Of a stretch of 64,000 nt of DNA, positions 58,509-64,000 are shown in pieces. The translations under genes and the position numbers were made by a program. Source of the DNA: an uncultured virus (IMG/VR IMGVR_UViG_3300027984_000004). Lineage: Duplodnaviria > Heunggongvirae > Uroviricota > Caudoviricetes. The stretch lies in IMG/VR virus record IMGVR_UViG_3300027984_000004; one strand, 5' to 3'. The notes below the pieces were generated by a model. It was not told the DNA's origin. It ran no database searches and saw only the letters and a list, made by a program, of their open reading frames with translations. Within the stretch, counting starts at the first letter, position 1, and every line of letters starts with the position of its first letter.

Positions 58509-59120
58509 TTATTTCGTAACTGTTATAATTGAACGGCCATAACCGGCATTGCGCCATTGTAAAAAAGCTTTATACTTTGAATATTCCAATAACTCCATGA
58601 CTAACTTTTCATATTTAGGATCAAGCAATTCAATCTCAAAATCAAACGTTGTCCCTACTGGTACAGTTTCACTATTAGCTAATGCAATCCTTTCCCCTTG
58701 TGCCGTCTGCCCCCGCAATGGACGTTGAATATTCCCTACTATGCCCTGTTCTGCCCCTTCATAAACCAGCGGAATCTTTCGCGGGAATACAAATACGCAA
58801 TCTGTTAAAATCTTTATATAAGCTTTAGTTTTAGCTGTTTCCGATGTAGAAACACGTGCCATTGCCTGAGCCGCCGCTTTCAAGAATCCTTTTATCTGAT
58901 AATCCCACATAAAAGGTTGGCCGTCAGGTTTGCCATTCAAGCGTGGGAATACCGTCTTTGCTTTTTCAATTACCTCTGTTATGCCTATTGCCGATATCTC
59001 TTCCGTTGTACTTTTAGCATCCGGCGCTTTGCTGGCAATGTATTCCTCATGAAGATTTGGATCTGCGCTGGTAGTCCCCAACATTTCCGTAATTAATTCA
59101 GCATGGCATTTCAATACCAT
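58509..59120 (-). CDS. solitary Cas7/RAMP-like protein
   Basis: N-terminal strand + MLGT, P.MWDYQIKGFLK helix, SETVPVGTTFDFEIEL, terminal G-loop-like LQWRNAGYGR; 203 aa. Confidence 0.72.
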   Translation of the reverse strand: MVLKCHAELITEMLGTTSADPNLHEEYIASKAPDAKSTTEEISAIGITEVIEKAKTVFPRLNGKPDGQPFMWDYQIKGFLKAAAQAMARVSTSETAKTKAYIKILTDCVFVFPRKIPLVYEGAEQGIVGNIQRPLRGQTAQGERIALANSETVPVGTTFDFEIELLDPKYEKLVMELLEYSKYKAFLQWRNAGYGRSIITVTK

Positions 59121-59252
59121 ATAATCATAAGCTCCTTTTCAAATAATCAATAGCGCGTACTATCGCAAGAATTGCGCATTGACCATAATCTGTACTATAC
59201 CAACTGCATGAACATTTACAAGGTTGCCCGGATAAAGGGCATATACCAGATG

Positions 59253-59519
59253 TCATCTGAACCATTCCTCCAAATCTTCCCGTGATAAAACTTCTGGATG
59301 CGTCTTTATCGGCCAACCGTCATCACCCAGCAAAACCAGTTTAGGCAATGATGTTACTCTATACTGCTCTGCTATCTTGGGTTCCTGTTCAATATCAATC
59401 TTTTGGAACTCAACTCCGTATTTAACGCATATACCTTTTACAACTGGTTCATACTGCACACAAACGCGACACCAAGGCGCTGTAAACATAAACATTTTCT
59501 TCATAATTCCAACCTCCAA
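59253..59519 (-). CDS. thioredoxin-like protein
   Basis: FTAPWCRVC, KIDIE...IAEQYRVTSLP. Confidence 0.88.
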   Translation of the reverse strand: MEVGIMKKMFMFTAPWCRVCVQYEPVVKGICVKYGVEFQKIDIEQEPKIAEQYRVTSLPKLVLLGDDGWPIKTHPEVLSREDLEEWFR

Positions 59520-59524
59520 AAAAT

Positions 59525-59728
59525 TTATAGAGTTAATTGCTCAACGTTGTCATTTGCATGTAAAAATGCGCCGCTTTTAATTTGATTTTTAACTAAAACC
59601 TTAGATTTTTTAAGCCCTGACAATGTATAACCGGAATCCAGTATCAATTTAAGCATTTCCGGCGCATATCCTCCATTCTCAATATCTGATTTGAAAATAC
59701 ATGTATCACTATGCCATATCTCAAACAT
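59525..59728 (-). CDS. hypothetical protein
   Basis: 67-aa ORF, operonic. Confidence 0.5.
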   Translation of the reverse strand: MFEIWHSDTCIFKSDIENGGYAPEMLKLILDSGYTLSGLKKSKVLVKNQIKSGAFLHANDNVEQLTL

Positions 59729-59730
59729 AT

Positions 59731-60750
59731 TTATTCTGGTCTCCCATACATAGATATAAGATAATCAATATTTATATTTTTCAATTCAAAATGACATTTA
59801 TCTGGGGTATTCCAGTTTCCTCCCCATTCTAATCCTAAATATTCTCCTATTTTCCCGCATTTATTTAAAAAGTCCTCATCATACTCCTTTCCCTTAATAT
59901 TTTGACATATATCGAAACACATACCCCATTGGTGGAATGATTTGTATTCACTGCCTTTAGCGTTAGTGATTATCTCCCCCGAGAATGTACGCCCTTGTGC
60001 GTAAAATAAATCCTGTTGTTCTTTTGTCCTTATGGTCTCTGTTATCTTAACATCTAACCCATTATTTCTGGCTATTTCAATAAACTGCTCCATTTTAGCC
60101 TTCAAATTAGGGTTCAATCCTTTCCATAATGGAGAAGGTTTATAATATCTAAATACATGCGCTGGATAATTACTGTCACCATATCGTTCCATATTTAACC
60201 TATCCGCTTGCATATTAGCAAATAACTTAGAATTTTCTTTTGAATATCCACCGCGCTGTTTAGCCCAATATATATATCCTTCTCCATAATTATACCCCTG
60301 CAAAGCTAACTTAATGTTATCCAAATCATTAGGTGAACCCACATTAGCCGCTTTTAAACAATCAGCTAAATAATGACATCCACAGTTTATTGAATACTCA
60401 ACATCTTTTATTCCGTTAGGTTTAGAATCGTATTTTTTATTATACTTGCATTCTGCGCTTTGCATTAAATCTGATGTTTTACTTGTGCCTAATGCCCCCC
60501 ATTCTTGACGGCATACTGCCAATATAAGTTTTTTGTATCTTATTATACCGTATCTTTCAGCGTATTTGTCAATCAAACTAGAATATTTCATAATATCATC
60601 TGTTATCCCGACGTTTATCATATCACCGCCAGAATAGCCAACAATATTTACTGGCGGCGCATTTGGCAATTTGATAGCATTAGCGGCATATGCTGACGCT
60701 GGATACAACGCTATACATGCCGCTAATAAAATTGATACAAATCCTTTCAT
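59731..60750 (-). CDS. secreted peptidoglycan hydrolase: lysozyme-like + M15 (L-Ala-D-Glu type) peptidase
   Basis: Signal peptide; QE...DLMQSAE, LALQGYNYG.GY, YGD..Y; ETIRT..QQD..YAQGRT, SFHQWG..FD, WGGNW..PD..HFE. Confidence 0.85.
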   Translation of the reverse strand: MKGFVSILLAACIALYPASAYAANAIKLPNAPPVNIVGYSGGDMINVGITDDIMKYSSLIDKYAERYGIIRYKKLILAVCRQEWGALGTSKTSDLMQSAECKYNKKYDSKPNGIKDVEYSINCGCHYLADCLKAANVGSPNDLDNIKLALQGYNYGEGYIYWAKQRGGYSKENSKLFANMQADRLNMERYGDSNYPAHVFRYYKPSPLWKGLNPNLKAKMEQFIEIARNNGLDVKITETIRTKEQQDLFYAQGRTFSGEIITNAKGSEYKSFHQWGMCFDICQNIKGKEYDEDFLNKCGKIGEYLGLEWGGNWNTPDKCHFELKNINIDYLISMYGRPE

Positions 60751-60777
60751 GTTTTACTCTCCCGAAAATCTCTTTAT

Positions 60778-61968
60778 TTATTTTAATAAATTATCTGGAG
60801 TTCCATACATTGATTTATAATCTTGTGGCGCAAATCCATTTAATTCAAAATGACCAGCATCCCCAAGTTTAGACCAATTTCCACCCCAATTCATCCCTAA
60901 TGACATTCCTATGCTTCCTACCTTGTCAAAAAAGCCTCCATCATTTGAATATTCAGCACCGGGCGCATTCCTGCATACATCAAATGCAACACCCCATTCA
61001 TGAGCGCTCTCATAATCATTACCATTAGCGTAGGTAACTATTGCACCCGGTTTAGTTCTACCCTGCGCATATAATGCATTCTGTCGCTCAACCGTCCTGA
61101 ACGTTTCCGTTACTTTTACCGGAAGTCCTGCCGCATTGCATAATTCCAGGAATTGATTCATCTTAGTTTGCATTTCAGGTATTAAACCATATATACTGTC
61201 TGAATTTGAACGTTGATAAACGCCGTAATATTGTAAAACCCTATTTGCATATTTTTTATCCCCATACCTATTCCACCCTAATTTTTGTGCTTGCATATCT
61301 GAAAAACTGCAAGCTTTTTCCTCTAATGTTCCTATGCCTGAATTTGCGTAATTTACAAATCCGCCCCCCATATTATAAGCATATAAAGCAAGTTTAATTC
61401 TTTCAATGTCTGTAGGCGATTGCACATTAGCTAGATGTAATACTGTAGCCAATTCATGGATTCCACAATCTATGGAATATTCTTCATCCTTAATTGAATT
61501 TGGTGTATTAGGATACAATTTATTATACTGGCATTCGCTTGATTGGAGTACATCCGGGCCATATCCACTGTTTTCCTGTTGCGCCAATGCTTTTATTAAT
61601 TCAATATATTCTGATATCCCGTATTTATCAGCATACTTTTCAAATAGTGGCGTGTATTGTAATACCCTATTATTTACATTTGCTCTTACTACTTCTTGGA
61701 TGCCTACCATCTGATTAATTGATTGGGTTATTGAATGAATGGCCGGTTGTATTTCTACCGTTCCAGTACCATCCTGTACTTCCCAACCCAAAACTCGATC
61801 ATCATCCCATTGTACTTGCGGTACATCATTCCACTTTACCAAGGCATTATCTGCGCTCCATTGAACTGTATTATCAACCTCCCCCCAATTAAATGTCCCA
61901 GCAAATGCATAAACTGGAGTAGTTAACATTAGTACAATAAAACCGGTTACAATTAACTTCTTTTTTAT
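60778..61968 (-). CDS. secreted peptidoglycan hydrolase paralogue: lysozyme-like + M15 peptidase; probable ATA start
   Basis: QENSG...DVLQSSE, YNMG.GF, YAQGRT, SAHEWG.AFD, HFE; extension gives signal peptide KKKLIVTGFIVLMLTTPVYA. Confidence 0.85.
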   Translation of the reverse strand: MKKKLIVTGFIVLMLTTPVYAFAGTFNWGEVDNTVQWSADNALVKWNDVPQVQWDDDRVLGWEVQDGTGTVEIQPAIHSITQSINQMVGIQEVVRANVNNRVLQYTPLFEKYADKYGISEYIELIKALAQQENSGYGPDVLQSSECQYNKLYPNTPNSIKDEEYSIDCGIHELATVLHLANVQSPTDIERIKLALYAYNMGGGFVNYANSGIGTLEEKACSFSDMQAQKLGWNRYGDKKYANRVLQYYGVYQRSNSDSIYGLIPEMQTKMNQFLELCNAAGLPVKVTETFRTVERQNALYAQGRTKPGAIVTYANGNDYESAHEWGVAFDVCRNAPGAEYSNDGGFFDKVGSIGMSLGMNWGGNWSKLGDAGHFELNGFAPQDYKSMYGTPDNLLK

Positions 61969-62666
61969 TTTTGCTCATCCAATGGAGTGTAATAAGGCGC
62001 ATTTTCAGGCAAGATCGGAGTGCTGGCTTGCCAAGCCAATGCTTCTTTATAGTGGGCATCCGTTTCAGAAGGCCATATAATATCATTGGAATACTGGTTT
62101 ATATTATTAACAATTTGATCCGTTATTTCATGGGGCTCAGTTTTTGGCGGATAATTAATATCAAACCAAGGCATTCCAGGTATATGCCTAGTCATATTAA
62201 AATCTGCATACATCTGTTGACGTTCAGCGTCTGTCATTTGATAAAGATTGGCTGTTCCTATAGCGGCAGTTACGTCATTGTACATTTGCTTAATTTGCTT
62301 ATCTGAATCTGTTAATTCTGTCTCCGGCGTAGTCAACCATATTAATGATTTAAACTGAGCATCGTCTATTTGACTTTGTGTAGCTCCTACTACAGCCCTC
62401 TGTTCTGGTGTCATATTTCTTAATCCAGTAGTATCATCACCAAACACCATCCAAGACAAATCTTTAGTAGCTTCTTTTCTAGCCGCTTTTCCTGCTGTAT
62501 CAACAGCTTTTGCGGCAATCTCACTTGTGGCTTTGTTTACTTGCGTAGTAAGCACTCCCGCGCCATTAGCAACTGCCGACAATGGCTCGTTTGAACCAAT
62601 ATTTAGATTAGCTAATATATATAACCCTACGATTGTGCCGATAATAGTTAAAATCGTTTTTGTCGT
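61965..62666 (-). CDS. membrane-anchored hypothetical protein; probable ACG start
   Basis: AGGAGG-7nt-ACG gives TKTILTIIGTIVGLYILANL N-terminal TM. Confidence 0.65.
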   Translation of the reverse strand, partial: TTKTILTIIGTIVGLYILANLNIGSNEPLSAVANGAGVLTTQVNKATSEIAAKAVDTAGKAARKEATKDLSWMVFGDDTTGLRNMTPEQRAVVGATQSQIDDAQFKSLIWLTTPETELTDSDKQIKQMYNDVTAAIGTANLYQMTDAERQQMYADFNMTRHIPGMPWFDINYPPKTEPHEITDQIVNNINQYSNDIIWPSETDAHYKEALAWQASTPILPENAPYYTPLDEQK

Positions 62667-64000
62667 TTACTTTCCTCCTAATCTTTTTGCCCACTCATCA
62701 GCAGTGGGCATACTAGTATCAATTTCATAAGGCTTTACTTGAGTTATTGCAGATGGAAGGTTTGCGCTATTTAAACGTTCCTGCCATCCGCTGGAATCCT
62801 TTGGTAAATTGGTATCTATTCCTGGCAATAAGCTTTGCGTTGGTGTCAATTCCGATTTCTTAATCTCTATCCCTTTTTGAATAGCATCATATAACTTATC
62901 AGCTTCTGTTTTTGCTGGTACTGGCGCTAATGTTGGAATAGGAACCGGCGTAGGCTTTGCCGGTTGCTTTGGGGCTTCTGTTGGCTTTAACGGCATATTA
63001 GTAGGTACACGTACTGGCGTATTTGTTGCTATTGGTTGCACATCATCCTCTACTTGTGATTTTTTTTTTATCAATTCCGGTTCAGGAATCGGCGTATTGG
63101 TTGCTGTAGGTTTTGGCGTTGGCGTAGGTGACAATGTAGGCATAGCTATTTTCTTTACTTCAACATCCGGCCTAATCCTCAGAATTACATCTGCATCCTG
63201 TAAACCTGGCGTATCTTCTGGCACGTTCCCCGCCCTCATACGTATACACCATTGCGCTTTGCTTGTATCTGATATCTCAATATAATTTTGTGCCGATGGA
63301 TCTTTGTAAAGCAGTGAGTATCCTCCATCAAGCAATGTATAAATCTCATCATTTATAGAAAAAATATCACCTGGCTGGCTTTTCGACGGTTCTATAAATA
63401 AAACTAAATCCGGTCTATCCTGCAACTGTTGTACAAACTTCTTTGATTCCTCTACTGCCACTCCATACGGCCATATAACGCCGTCTTTTAATAGTGTATA
63501 CGCTTTACCTCCAGTAATAACAATATCTCCCGGCACAGCATCTTTAGGCAAAACATGTATAGTTGTTTTTACTAATTCGTCTACCGTCTTCCAAGGTTTA
63601 GGCTGGCTCGCCAAAACTGGTATTATCGTTGGCGTAGGGGTCAACGTGGGTTCTTGTATCTGCCCAGACCAATCAGGAACTGATACCGTACCCAAATATC
63701 CATTTGGATCAAATGTCGTATTAGGCTGAGTGCTATTCGAAACCTGTGTGGATTGTTGTTCTTTAATTATCTGCTTGACAACTCCAGCAATATCATCTAA
63801 TGTAATAGAGGGCTTTGTACTGTTTGATTCTTGTATTGGCGCTTGGCTTAACGCTGATTGAGTATCCATGCTGGTACTGGCCGACAACAGCACAGGTTGC
63901 GCCTTTCCACCCGGAGCTTCCGCCTGTGCTGTTTTGCTCAATTTAGATAAATCAATATTAATCACGCCGCTAAATATTAAAAACCCAGCTATTACCGCAA
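62667..64000 (-). CDS. Pro/Thr-rich surface/membrane protein, 5' end beyond window
   Basis: PT-rich linkers; frame open to window end with hydrophobic AVIAGFLIFSGV. Confidence 0.65.
   Translation of the reverse strand, partial: AVIAGFLIFSGVINIDLSKLSKTAQAEAPGGKAQPVLLSASTSMDTQSALSQAPIQESNSTKPSITLDDIAGVVKQIIKEQQSTQVSNSTQPNTTFDPNGYLGTVSVPDWSGQIQEPTLTPTPTIIPVLASQPKPWKTVDELVKTTIHVLPKDAVPGDIVITGGKAYTLLKDGVIWPYGVAVEESKKFVQQLQDRPDLVLFIEPSKSQPGDIFSINDEIYTLLDGGYSLLYKDPSAQNYIEISDTSKAQWCIRMRAGNVPEDTPGLQDADVILRIRPDVEVKKIAMPTLSPTPTPKPTATNTPIPEPELIKKKSQVEDDVQPIATNTPVRVPTNMPLKPTEAPKQPAKPTPVPIPTLAPVPAKTEADKLYDAIQKGIEIKKSELTPTQSLLPGIDTNLPKDSSGWQERLNSANLPSAITQVKPYEIDTSMPTADEWAKRLGGK

Overview
This AT-rich 64-kb window is part of a tailed, siphovirus-like phage genome, probably infecting an endospore-forming Bacillota (Clostridia-like) host. 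Almost all genes are on the minus strand, and no integrase, rRNA, tRNA or classical CRISPR array is visible. From right to left in transcription order the modules are: secreted/membrane proteins with two tandem lysozyme-like+M15 cell-wall hydrolases; thioredoxin; a solitary Cas7/RAMP-like gene followed by a non-coding ~300-nt array with 5-nt GT-NNN periodicity; ParB-like and adenine-methyltransferase genes; packaging and head genes with an embedded glutamate decarboxylase; a head/tail fibre block; tail and lysis genes; an accessory module (Fe/Mn SOD-like, ferritin-like, repeat proteins, and a membrane-protein gene split by a group I intron with an antisense HNH gene); two sporulation-type sigma factors; FtsK/SpoIIIE; recombination genes; a HEPN-MNT toxin-antitoxin pair; small-gene cassettes headed by a repeated 23-bp promoter motif; and replication genes plus a second methyltransferase. 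The top candidate for an unusual system is the RAMP gene plus periodic array (58213-59120). Also notable are the intron in a non-DNA-metabolism gene and about nine genes that appear to start at ATA/ATT/ACG. All protein assignments come from motif recognition by eye; no searches were run.
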